Assembly (NCBI RefSeq): GCF_000181795.1
Contig: NW_003526941.1
Coordinates: 4,887,811-4,951,810, forward strand
Source: Trichinella spiralis
Taxonomy: Eukaryota
Direction: 5' to 3'
DNA length: 64,000 nucleotides
Of this stretch, positions 27,901 to 41,054 are shown in pieces (position 1 is the stretch's first letter; the number at the start of each line of letters is the position of its first letter). The notes beneath the pieces are model-generated. The model saw only the letters and a list, made by a program, of their open reading frames with translations, was not told the origin of the DNA and searched no databases. The position numbers and the translations under genes were made by a program.

Positions 27901-30735
27901 TTTTGCGAACTGTTTGCATAATTTATGTCCTGAAGAAGTAACTGATTTATTGCAATTTCTATTTTCTCAGTTGAATTGATTTGTTTTTAATTTCATTTTA
28001 AGCGCATTCATATAGAAGAAAAAGGATTGTCATTGTGTAATTTGTTTCTTGATGAAATTGCGAAAGAAACAAGAAATGTCGTCTCCACCGCTTATGAGCA
28101 GCATCGTTTGCTTTCTGAGGAGGTGATAATAATTTGTTGTTTTAAATTATTTCAGAGAAAAATTCATTTTCAGCTATTGCCTAAAACGTGTGCTAAACTG
28201 ATTGCCAATGCAATAAACAAAGAAAATCGGAAAAAGTCGAACTTCATGACGTTGGAGAAGAAAAGCTTCAAACGATCGTTGTCACCCCAGCATGGCTATC
28301 CTGGCGATGAAAGTTACAGACGTTCGCGAGAAGATATGACTTTGTAAAATAATTTTATAAAGATATTTTAGAAGAATCAATTTCTGTTTGCTTGTTGTTT
28401 AGAATTGATAAGTTGCACTTTGCCCTGACCGAACTGTGCTTTGCAATTGATTATTACCCCCAGATTGTTGTCTGGGAGCACACGTTTGCCCCACGTGAAT
28501 ATCTCACGCAGCACATTGAAGCCCGTTTCAACAAGTAAGCATTTTTTTAAGAAGAAGCAATAGCAAAATGATATAAATCCCTTTCCCAATCGAACAATCC
28601 TCTTCTGATTGCGTGTGTGTTTTTTGAGGACCGTAGTGGCAATGGCTATGTATGACAAAGATACACAAGAAATTGCGAAACCCTCAGAGTTGTTGAACAG
28701 CATACGCACCTACATGGACGTATTGCAGACGTTGGAAAATTATGGTAAAATGTTGTTGTTATTTTTGTTTGTTTGTTGTATTCTCATTGGTTTTATTTAT
28801 TTCAGTTCAAATTGACGTTGTACGAATCTTTAACAACGTTTTGCTGCAGCAGACGCAGCACCAAGATTGTTACGGAGAAGAAACGTTGACAACAATTTAT
28901 ACCAGATGGTTTTTGCTTGCATTGCATGCAACATTTTTGCTTCCATATATTATGTAATTGCTTTTTTCTGAACAGGTATTTGGAAGTGTTGTTACGTCGG
29001 GTGAGCAATTATCAAATTTTATACAGTGGGCATTTGAGAACTTTCGTCAGCAATCCAATGTCAGAAGTAGCTACTTCTTTTTTTCCTGAAGAATACACAG
29101 ATTATCCAGGTTTGCAGTTTATTTAATATATTTATATATATATATCTGTTGCAGTTTAAATTTTGTTGTAGAATTGTGCGCATTAGCTGAAATACTTGGT
29201 GCGTATGGGATGAAATTTTTGAGTGAACGTTTGATGTGGCACGTTGCTGGTCAGATTAGTGAACTTAAGGTATTGTATATTAAGCTTTTTTTTGATTAAA
29301 TATTTCAAGTTTAATTGAATATATTACAAGTAAGGATGGAAATTTAAATTAATATATGTTCATTTAGAAACTAGTGCTGCAAAATAGAGAGAGTTTGCGA
29401 GCGATGAGGACAAATTTTGATCGACCAGATAGAATGCGTGAATTATTCCGTCATTTGACAGGTAAAAGATATTGTTTCAACAAATTATATTCAGTCGTTA
29501 TTTTTTTTTTCGATAATTTAGCATTTTAGTTTTGTTGTTGAAATTGATGTATTTTTCAGTTACTGATGGAAACAAAAAGCATCTGGATGCTGTTGACAAT
29601 CTGTTACAGCGTGTGACAATTGTTGGCGAGATTGTCTGTTTTCGTGATTTGTTGAGACAAGGATTAAATGAGGTTATATTTTTATATTTAATAATTTATT
29701 GCATTTTGAAATTAAAGAAAAAATATTTTGCTTTTAGCTGGTCTCTGAACGAGTACCGTTTCTGGTGAATTGTATGGAAGATTTTAAGACGACAACTTGC
29801 TCGGGCGACAAGCTTGATATGTTGGTATTGTTCAATATTCTTTTTTTTTAATTTAAAATTATTATTCATTTGCATTGAAATTAATTACTTAATACGACGT
29901 TTGTTTATTAACGGTCACGATTAGCCTGTTAGCGAGATGTTTTCGGCCGCTGGGATCAAGTGTATCGTCGATTCAGATTTGGTGAACGCACTTCGTGCAC
30001 AGAAGACGGGTTTAAATATATTATGGGCATTTATTCATTGTTATTATGTATACATATTTTTTTAAAAAAATGTTTCAGATGATGCTGTTGATGACGACTA
30101 CAACGTTTGTTGCTTGCTGATGGTGTTCATCGCCGTTTCGCTGACCAGATTGGCTAGAAGTGAAAATTTCTACCACGCAACATTGGAAAGTATCCACATG
30201 CTGTTTCTTTTATGTTTCACATCTGCTTATTTGTTCATGATTTGTTTTTTATTTAGCTCATCTAAACAACAGTCATTGCATACCGAAAGCAGTGAATGCG
30301 ATCGCTACAGCGTTGTTTTCAATACACCGACGAGAAGATATTGTTGATCGGATGAAAGAATTTCTAGCTGTAAAATTCTGAAATTTTCAAAATTGCACTT
30401 TAATTATTGTTGTTGTTGTTGTTTTTTTTCAAGCTGGCATCTAGCTGTCTGTTGCAAATGGACGAAGAGACCGACCGAGACACGTTGAAAAACAAAGACA
30501 CGGCTTATATTATTCTTGAACAAGTGATTGGGTTTTTTTTCAAATATATTTTTTAAAAAATATTTATTCCAGTATTGTTTATTTATTCATCTATTGTCAG
30601 ATTGTTGAAGAATCACCGTTTTTGACAAACGATATTCTGGAATCTTGTTTCCCGTACATTCTCATTCGATGCGCTTATCGATCTTGTTATCAGCAAGCGT
30701 TCGTGAACAGTATCAACAACAGCGTGAGCGCGTAA
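24914..30735 (+). CDS. NCKAP1: Nck-associated protein 1 / Hem-2 / GEX-3 (WAVE complex), many exons
   Basis: [115 protein letters not shown]. Stop TAA at 30733-30735. Confidence 0.95.
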
Positions 30736-30942
30736 ACGATGAAAAACAAATTTCAATTCTTTATCATCATCACAATTATTCTTAATTTCATTTTATTATA
30801 TTAATAATTCATCCCAAATCAAATCACTTCCATGAACAATTAGAATAATATTAATACTAATACTTATTATTATTACTGTTGTTGTTGCTATTCATTGTTG
30901 TTGTTCTTTTTTTTCTTCTTCTTCTTCATGCTAATTTGTTCG

Positions 30943-33900
30943 TTATTTGATTTCAGAATTAGGATTTTTCACCAGTATCACTGAACCTTCTAAGATTGGC
31001 GAAATTGCTATATCTAAAAAAAGATAATGAATCACTTATCCACATCCATTACTGTTCAGTTCGTTTGTTTGTCTATCGAGATAAATATATAATTTACATT
31101 CGTCAGTAGCTAATTCAGCGCGTTCACCGTGGGCCAGCAGAATCGGCGTGTTGTAAGTTTGAAAGCCGGTAATAGTTTTCGGTTTGCCTGCTTGTCCGAC
31201 AACGTCTACCGCCTGAAAAAGCGTGACAGTAAAAATTTACTTTTAACTACTTCTCAGTTTTGAAATCTTCTTCACCTGGCCAACTCGAACGTTCACATTA
31301 CACTGCTCCAAAGGACTGGTTGGATCGTTCGGATCTTTGGGCGTGAACGTTATTAACATGCGTGGATTCATTGCAGGTACCAAACAGTACAGTAAGAAAT
31401 GTTGCTTGGATAAAATGGCTGTTAAGAAAACATTATAAATATAAATAGAGGGTATGTTTAGAGGAAAAGAAAAAGAAGATTACTGTGTTTTGGATCGAGA
31501 AAGAAAAAGCAAGTTGCGAAAAGACCGCCCAAAGCCGACGGACTCAGCAACTGCCTTTCGCTGTGGAATGGATTCAGCGTCATCGTGCCTTTGCCCAAGT
31601 GCGTCAGACCTTGCGCTATGTGAACCAACATCAACTGAACCGCATCTCGACAATGATGCGCCGCAAGATGACGTAGCGTTGCATTCACACGAGCATTGTT
31701 CGTTCCTAAAGCCACGAACTGTCACCTTATGGGGAAACTGAGGAAAATTCAAATTCACCTGCTCCCAAAAGACCCAACGCGAACACTGCACTGTAAGCAG
31801 TTTCAACGTCGTTATCGTGAGCGAATTTGCTCAACGTTTCCAAAATATTCAACTGTGGATTGCTAACAGAAAGCAATCCCAAAGCAACTGGAACCGCATG
31901 GCGTACAGCTTGATCGCAATAACGCAACTGGAAAAACAATGATAAATAAGTGAAGGCTATCACGAAAGCTATACATATATACAAGATTGGTAAAAAGACG
32001 AAATGCCATGCTTGATCCAATATCTTCACAAATTGCAATCAATGCAATGCCCAATACTGCAACCGCTTGGTGAAAACTGGCACCTTGAGCCTGTCGCAAT
32101 GCTTCCATTTCTTTTTTATCTTTCTTCTTTTCTTTTGTAACCTAAACAAATGATCAAGTTCAAATATAGCGAATTTTTTTTCAGACGCTAACTAATGCCG
32201 CCGACCTTCTGCGTAGATTCTGCGACATCATGCCGTTCAGTGCAGATGTACAACAGCTGTTGAATCTTCAAAACATTTCCAGTACCAGCATAAGCGGCAA
32301 CCTCAACTAGTGTGCTTCCGATGCTACCGTACGGCTTAGGCAACGCTCTCAGCATTTCCACCACAGGCTCGGCTTGTTCTTGTCTTCCTGAAATGGTAAG
32401 TTTTTTGTTCTTTTCGATGTTTCATCCGACGCGAAATACATACCTAAGAAAACCAAAGCAATGCCAAGCAAAACGTTGCGGTAATCGTGTTCTTTGTTCA
32501 AATTATCCCCTTGCTCTATAAGATGTTGAAACAAAATAGCCGCTGCATCCGGATCACCTGATCCTACTAAAACGAATCCCATCGCCAAACCAATCATTCC
32601 CGAAACCTGAATCAGATTCCACTTAATAGTATTATAGAAATAATTGCAATTATTATGCGCACTTCTGCTGGAGTTTTATCTACTTTCAAAGCTTCTCTTA
32701 GTTGTGGCAAAATCGTTGTATGCACAGATTCCAATTTCGAATTCGCATACGCTAGCCCGATGCTGTAAAATTGAAAATTAACATTGATTTCTGAAATTTC
32801 GGTCAAAAATATAACGTATTACCCTAATGTACTGCAAACACGCAATATGGGCTTATCGGACTGCAGAAATTCCAACAACAATGCCTGTGCTGGATCACAT
32901 TCATGATGTACACCACAACTAACTATACCAACAGCTAGTAGACTCCCTGCCTATACATTGTAATTGTAAAGAAGTAGAGGAACTTAGTAGAAATTACAAA
33001 GAAATTTCAATTACTCTTATATGATCATCAGCGGAATACATGAATTTGTCAATATTAGTTAGACCATTGTCTACATCCCAGCGGTAAATTAAACCTTGAC
33101 TAGCTGCTGCACTGACCATTCCTTGAAAGAGATGAAAAATTGTTTAATTAATAAATGGAACAAATGGATGAAACAGGGAAACTTTCTGCACAGACCATGT
33201 TCTCTGTTCTTGTAGAACCAAGTTGCTGCATCTTCTGTAATCATACGATCAACACAGAAGCCAGCATTTATGAAAGCGTTTACAAAAATAGTCCCTATGT
33301 TTTGTCTTACTGAATCAATTTGCGGAACTGAAAAAAATTCTCTAATCAGAAATGTGTATTGAAAAATGAACATCATTACAAAGAATTCCTTACCCGTATG
33401 TTCAGAAACATTACTCTTGTATATGTCTTCTGGAACTTTTGGCTCCATAATATCCAGCTAAATGAATTCAAAATTTTATTACTTTTCAAAGTGAAGGAAA
33501 CACGTATCTACCTCTCGAGCCAACGCTAAAAAGTACTGTGACATATTCGAATTGGACATTAACTCTTTCAAGTCATTGACGTGAGGCAAATCGTCTGGAA
33601 GATCGAGAAAAATTTGATGTCTGGCAAGCAAAAATGCCAACTGCTTTTGCACAAGGCTTAAAAATTAAGAATTTCTTTCATCTACAAACATTTTCTATAT
33701 CCACAAATTCATACATATCCTTGCAGTTCAAAAATATTTCTTTCACTTTTTCAATTTTGTTGAGGACAATTGCACAGCGCATCGCCAAGACTTGCTTGTC
33801 AAATTTGAGATATAATCGCATCGCACATTCCATAAATTCGATGTTATCCGGGTCCGGAACAAACGGTACGCACCTACATCATAATATAATTTTAGTAGGA

Positions 33901-34886
33901 ATGAATAAATGGGTTAACACGGCAAAAATATTTACGAAGTTAAATAAAGACAAACTCTTGAATGAACATCCACGTCACAAAACTCTTCTAACAAGTGCAA
34001 CTGTTCAATTTCCATTAAGAAGTCGCACGCTTCCGCTTCGCCATTATGGGCCAAAAAATACGGTACTATTTCACGAACAAGCGCGTCAATCTGTTCCATC
34101 CCTGTTTGATTAATTTCGTTGTCGTTGTCTTGCCAGATTTTCACCAATTCACCAGATAAATGACTTGAGAAGAAAAGGTATTATAATCAGATGGTTATAA
34201 ATATAAACCAAATGTTAAAGTGCATATTTACCGAACATATTCATAACCCCAACTACCGACATCATTTTTTGACCCAAGAAAACGATATTTGAAACAGTCT
34301 TTTTCATCTTCTTTGGCGCACGTCATGGCCAAAGCAGAAATAATATCTGCGCACATTTCCTTAACAATATTTTCAATCAGTGTAATTTATACAAACCCAC
34401 ATACTATGTAATATAATTTTATTTGAATATATACGCAAACAAAATTTCCGAATTAAATATACCTTCGCAGTCTCGTCTTCTATTTTCCAATAAACATCTT
34501 TCATTGTATCATAATGAACTTGCATGAATTTCAGCGGTTTTGGAACTGCTGTTACACTAGCTGTGGAGGAACGAATGATGTTGCGAAGTCCTTCCAAAGC
34601 TGCTGGATAGAGCGCTTGATTAGGTTCCTTAGAAAAACAGTTATGTATGAATAGAATCTAAAAACATTTCAAATCAACCTGTAAACGGGACACGAACAAA
34701 TCCAATTCCGCTTTCAACTTCTTATCTTCTTCCGACTAGAAAATCAGTAAATCATAAAAATAATTTATAACAATTTATATTTACCATTTCCTGCTCAGCA
34801 TTTTCCGGCGCATTGTTCTGTTCAGATTTCTTCAAATGTTTCACAGTATCCTTCGCAGGATTATCAAATTTTTCAGACACAGCCAT
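30943..34886 (-). CDS. PSMD2: 26S proteasome regulatory subunit RPN1, many exons
   Basis: [121 protein letters not shown] at 34886, TAA at 30943-30945. Confidence 0.96.
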
Positions 34887-36406
34887 ACTAAAATTTCTGA
34901 AATAATAATTCATTTAATAAAAATCTAGAAATATTAAATATGGCTCTGTTCTGTCTCTGAAACAGAATGACACTAGTGAAACTTTGAAATACTGCTCAGG
35001 ATTTTGCATGAATATACGTGGATGAATTTAGAATAAAAAATATTCAACTCACATCTCAACGAGAATTTCCTTTCTTGCTTCGCAACGCTTTTAGCACAAT
35101 ATTGCTTTATAAAGATTTTATACAGTATGAGTTGTTATCATAATGAAATTCAGGTATCAATTTTAGCAACTTAAAAATTTTTAGCAACTTTTAATATATA
35201 AATCGGCTTTGTATTATTTTTATTATTGTATAATATTGTATTTTATTTTTAATTTCAACGTAAATCCAATTTCTTATACGTTAAATTTGAATAATTTTTA
35301 AATAAAGGATATATTATATAAATTTATATAAAATAATATAATTAATTTTATTACTTTATTTTTATAATAATGTAGAATTATTTTGTTATGACAGTTAATC
35401 CTTATTAAAAATATGAAGTCGAAATAAAATAAAGAGAGAATTTCATTGTTTTTCTTTAATTTTAGATTGAGGCAATCCTTATTATGTTTGTTTGTTAACT
35501 GCTTTTTTTGATTGGTGCGCACGTTGTCTAATTTTATCTGCTAAATGATCCCCTAACTAAGCAGCACTCTCTGCAGTGATTTTTGTTATATCCTTTGATA
35601 TTCTGTTCTAATTTATTATTTTTTATACCTTTGATCATTTAATTTACTGTAATAAAGCGTTTGTCCACCGGTGTTAATATATATCTTAATTATCATTTTA
35701 TTATTTGGTTGTACTTTAATTCCTGCAATCATATTGTCACTTTTTAAAATTATTTTCATAAGTTATTTTGTTTGATATTGTTTTTTTTGTTTTGTAAGAT
35801 AATATATTCTAACTGTGTGTCGAATTTTGAATTATTTGTAGTATTATTCTGAAATTTTCTATCCGAAGTAATATTTTTGATGTATCTTTTTTAGGTACTT
35901 TAATGGTTTGCTTTTTAATTTCAATCAAAACATTGTCAATTATATTACATTTTCTTATAAATATTGTTATTTTCATTAGAAAACAAGCATGTCTGAAGAG
36001 GAAAGGCTCCCTGTTTTGAATGAAGTTACAATAGAAGTTTGTACTTCTTCGAGAAAACACTTGGTTAGTAATTTAATTCTGTTTTGTTCAGAATTTGTTT
36101 AAAGCTTTAATTTTTTATTTTGTTGCATAAAACTTGATCTTAATAAATGTCATCTTAATAAACTAATACATTTTTAAAAGCTCTTTGATTTATATTTATT
36201 TTGCGCTTCATATTAACTGAATTTTTAATATAAATTTTGCATTGTTATTCATAGCATTCAAATTGTTATTCAAAGTAAGTCAACAGGGTAGGAAATGTGA
36301 ATTTTTATAACTGTATTCACACAGTAATTCAAATAATAGATTTTGGGTTGAATATTGTATTTTTGTTATTATTGTTGTTGTTGTTGTTGTTGTTTCGTTT
36401 GCAGTA

Positions 36407-38347
36407 ATGGAAAGAACTTTTAATTTCAGCTTGACCGACCTCAGCAGCATGGTGAGAATTGTGCACTCTGTTATTTGTAAATATATTTAAATATGTATTA
36501 AAATTATCAAAGATTGTGAAAAGCCTATAAAGATAATGAAAAGCAGTCAGTTGGAAAGTGCTGAAGCGACACTTGCTTGTACAGGATACAGTTGTTCGTT
36601 CGGAAGTTATCCTGCGACGTCGTCAGAATTGCAAGAACAGGAAAGCTGTAATTCTGTGTCTTCTTTCGAACGTTTGCAGCCTTCAACTGTACTCCTTCCT
36701 TCGTCATCTGTAAGAAAAATTACCATTTTTATGCTATGCAGTTGAAGATTTTGTTCGCTTCAATTTAGGATAGCGAAAATATGCCAAATTCAAATGTTAG
36801 TTCATCGAAGAAGTTATGCGTTAGAAATCACAATCGGGTCTTATTAGGAGCTTCTGCTGGTGCTGATGAATCCTGTAAGACGTATCACTTGTTTACATGA
36901 ATTTCATCATTTGTTGATGTTCATTACAAAACTGATAGTGGTAGTGTAAATACATTTTATGCTTATGCCGATTTTTTAATTTAATCCATTGCATTATAAT
37001 GCAATTTTCTTATGTCGTGATTGTAAATGTTATTTGTATATTTATTTTATTTTTTGTATAATTTTATGTTATGCTGATTTTTTAGCTCAGATATTGCCTT
37101 CAAAATCTTCTTCTGAACATTCGAGTTATGTTTCTGACATACAGTGTGAGCATTTACCAGACCAAGTGCTGTATTTCCCTGCCTCTGTTGCAGATGGTGA
37201 ATTAATTATAGCATAGTTTCCTATATTTATAATTTTTTTGTATTTAAGAATTCGAAGCTTTTCCAAGTATATTTGAGCGCCACATGAAACGCTACGGAAG
37301 TGAAAATTCAGGTAATTTATGTTTTTAATAGAAGCAATTTGTTTAAATTGATTGAACAGTTTTTTTTAATAATTGATTAGCATTCCCCAAGCGTACGGCA
37401 GATCGTTCTGAAATTCAAGGTGAATTTTAAAAATTTATACGTTTTTGAACAAACTATGGAATGCTTCTTTTTAGCAGATACCCCATCGTCATCGAATGTT
37501 TCAAATAGGTCAAAAGCATCGATAAAAAGAGCCAGTAAAGTTAATTCGTAATATATTTAGACAGACTTATTAATAAGTTACATTATATAGAGAAAAAAGC
37601 AAGAATGGAAAAAGAGGAACAAGGTCTGTTTCATAAAATTTGTTTTTTTTCCATTTGAATAAATTAACATTTTTGAAATTTGCAGAGAATAGTAGTAGCA
37701 GTTTGGTTGGGAATAATTTATCAAAAAGGTGGGTTGAAATTGATGAAGATATTAGCGTGATGTCTGCAGATGGTGATGATGGTAATTGAAATGTTTGTTT
37801 TATTGTTTCAAGGTAGTTCAGAAGTTCAAGAAAAAATTTTAGAACTGAAAAAAAATATTGAATTGCAAACTACAGAAAATTATTGGGAATATGTTGACGA
37901 AGATATTTTTTGCATGGTGAACTCAAATGGTAATTGAAGGACGAATTAGGGAATTATAAATCTTAAAGAATATAAAATAAAAGATTAGAGCATTTAATTA
38001 TAACAATTTTTTGATTTTTTAGAATGCTCTGAGCGAGCTCCTACTAAGGGAGCTAGTTGTTCTTCATATACAGAAGAAAGTAACTTTTTTGTTTGGGTTT
38101 CTGTAATGGTTGCATTATTTAGTTGTTGTAGGTCAAGCAGGAGCGAATACTTTGATGAGTCACGGTAATAAATGTAATTGAGATGCATAACTTATTTTTT
38201 TAATTTATTTTTCAGAAAATGGGCATGGCTGTAATGCATCAGATGATAATGTGGCAAGTAATTTGTTTAACTAGCATAATTTTTCTAATGTAACATTTTC
38301 AATTGCTCTAGTATGAAGGAAAAGGTTTTCAGTCAGCTGAAGATTGA
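36407..38347 (+). CDS. Orphan Ser/acidic-rich, probably disordered protein (~14 exons; last exon uncertain)
   Basis: Series of GC-richer blocks bounded by AG...GT that splice into one open frame: MERTFNFSLTDLSSM/PIKIMKSSQLES.../DSENMPNSNV.../...KRAKKKARMEKEEQ...KRWVEIDEDISV...NYWEYVDEDIFC... No family recognised. Confidence 0.7.
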
Positions 38348-39664
38348 TAATGTAAGATAGGCATTGGAGAATAAAATACACTGCATGTATGCAGTATCTG
38401 TTGAATTTGTTAGAAATGCGATTTTTACAAGAATTCCAACGAAATCTGAATTTTATGAATTTGTATTTTGATGTTAATGTTGACATTTCTTATTTATTGT
38501 TATTCAGTTTAATTCATTGCATTGCATTGGTGTCCATTGCAAATTCTAAATGAATTTGAATTGTTACTTCTTGTGAATACTGTCTGCTTAAAAAAAAGTA
38601 AAATTAGCTGAATTATTTAAAAGTGTTTAATCAATTTCAATTTTTGTTGTCATTGTTTCAAAATTAAGATTAATCAATAAAAAAATAATTTCGGGTAATT
38701 CAAAGAAAAATATTACAACGCTTTACTAAATTTTCACATTAATTAATAATGTATAATGATACACTGTTTACCCTGTCATACTATATTTATACCATGCTAC
38801 CTTCATATCATGATGCATTTTATGATGCTGTATTTTGTGCTCCTAACGGTAAATTCTGTATGACGGTTTGTGAAATTTATTGTATGACTTTAAATATTCT
38901 TAAAATATATATATTATTCTAAATATGTATGTGTATATGTGACATTTTAGTGTTTTATGCAATAGCTAATTGGTCACCTTCATTGATTACTGTAATTTCA
39001 GTCTTGGTAAACTGTTTAATATAATTTTTGGAATCCATTGATTGCTGTTCAGTATTTGGATGTTTTCAATTAAGCACGATAAAATTTATTCATTTACAGA
39101 ATGGAATTGTATTAAAAAAATATTTTCACTTTTCCCTTGAACATACAAAACAAAACCCGAGAATGTTAAAATACTTTGTTTTAAAGAGGAAAATATTGAT
39201 CATTTATAATTTTCTAGAATTATTTTTATTCATTAGGCATTTATTTATTTAAAACCTGATTCATAAATTAAGTTCTATTGTTTATAAATACTGCCTGCGT
39301 TTTTTTCAATTTCATACTGTAATACAGCGTCAACTAACAACTTTATCCCGGAGGAACGGCGAATGTAGTTTTTTTGTCTCGCGCAGCACGTGTGTAATTT
39401 TTTAAAATGTTTTTTTTTCTTTTTCAATGACTGAGAGTTCTCAAGGCATACATAATATGTTCAATAAGTTGGTTAACCTGAAGTGAATAATGGCTACTGC
39501 AATAAGATGCATAACGAATATCCGATACATTGAATTACTTTTTATGTTTACCGTTTAATTAATTAATGCATATTTTGACATGTTGAAAACCACTTTTATA
39601 TTAATACATTTAAATTCACTTTTATTTTAGATCTCCACCTATTTTCCTTCTTTCATCAAGAACA

Positions 39665-40648
39665 ATGGCTGTTTCTGAAAGTGTACAAGATGATATGGCT
39701 TTTCTTTTGTATTTATTTCCAGCATCACATCCAACGTTCCAAATAGTAAAGGAATCGCCTACTGAACTAAAATGCACCTTTGTAATAGATGAAGGTGAGG
39801 TTTTAGACGTTAAGGTGACATTAAGTGACGGTTTCCCAGAAACGCCCCTTATTTGGTATAGTAGCAGTGAAGATCTGCGTGTGATTGAAATTCTCGATTG
39901 TCTTGTGGAAACTCACGATGGGTCTGGTATAGTTAAATACTTTCGAAGATTACTGAAAGCGTTGTACTCTGTTTTTGATGTCGAGGAGCCACCCCAGTTA
40001 GAACGTATGAGAGAAGGAAAGTGTCCACCGTGGTTTACCCGGAAGAAACCGGATGACGATATTATAGATTTGACGAACAGCGATGATGAAAAAACTGTAT
40101 CAACTGGTAAAACATCCGACAATGTACAAGATACCGTTGCACTTAAACGTTTGATGAAAGAATTCAAAGCTGTCAGCGAAAGTGATTCAGTGAAAAATGG
40201 AATATTTTCAGTTTCTCTCATTGGTGATTGTCTTTTTAAATGGGAAGTACAACTTAAGAAGTTTTATGAAGGCAGTCGTCTAGCCAAAGACCTTATCACT
40301 TTGAAGGAACAACAAGGATACGATTACGTTTTGTTGAATATTATATTTCCGAAAGCTTATCCATTCGATCCTCCTTTCGTTCACGTGGTCAAGCCGATCA
40401 TAAATAATGGTTTCGTGGTTTCTGGAGGTGCAATCTGTATGGAATTGTTGACACCAGGCGGTTGGAGTAGCTGTTATCTAGTGGAATCGTTGATTTTGCA
40501 AATTGCAGCTACTCTAGTTGAAGGCGAAGCAGATATTGTTTTTAATGGGAATTTATCTAATTATTCTCTTCGAAAAGCACGAGCTTCATTTAAGATGCTT
40601 GACATCCTGCATCGAAGCAATGGCTGGGGTCAACCTAACAAAAGCTAA
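39665..40648 (+). CDS. Ubiquitin-conjugating enzyme, UBE2Q family (ubc-25-like), intronless
   Basis: 327-aa ORF with RWD-like N-terminus; ALKRLMKEF; YPFDPPFVHVVKP; GFVVSGGAICMELLT (catalytic Cys); GWSSCY; QIAATLVEG; H...NGW C-terminus typical of UBE2Q. Confidence 0.92.
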   Translation: MAVSESVQDDMAFLLYLFPASHPTFQIVKESPTELKCTFVIDEGEVLDVKVTLSDGFPETPLIWYSSSEDLRVIEILDCLVETHDGSGIVKYFRRLLKALYSVFDVEEPPQLERMREGKCPPWFTRKKPDDDIIDLTNSDDEKTVSTGKTSDNVQDTVALKRLMKEFKAVSESDSVKNGIFSVSLIGDCLFKWEVQLKKFYEGSRLAKDLITLKEQQGYDYVLLNIIFPKAYPFDPPFVHVVKPIINNGFVVSGGAICMELLTPGGWSSCYLVESLILQIAATLVEGEADIVFNGNLSNYSLRKARASFKMLDILHRSNGWGQPNKS

Positions 40649-40822
40649 ACGGAAGCATACACTCTCAGCATTTTTCATATTCCATTTATCGCATATGCAC
40701 TATTTTGCTTTTAGCTATAGATTCTTTTATTCACTTTGTAGACTGCAGTTTTTGCTTATTTATCATCTTTAGCAGTGTTCATTCTCCAAACATGAAATGT
40801 GCTCCGGTTATATTGCATATAT

Positions 40823-40898
40823 CTGTTTTTTAAGATTTCATTTATTCTTATATCATGCACCGCATTCCTGTTTTTTAAGATTTCATTTATTCTTATAT
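40823..40898 (+). repeat. Two ~31-bp direct repeats (ctgttttttaagatttcatttattcttatat) in the E2 3' region
   Basis: Identical units start at ~40823 and ~40868; an AATAAA follows at ~40903. Confidence 0.85.
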
Positions 40899-41054
40899 AT
40901 GAAATAAAAGTCCATATTTATTTGTCAGTTGATTAATAATAATCCCTGCATAATTTTCAAATGCAGAGAGTACGCTAAGCATACTGTTATGTTTGTAAAA
41001 ATAAATGTATTCAGTTTTGAAGTTATACATAATTTTTTCAAAACGTGAATTGTC

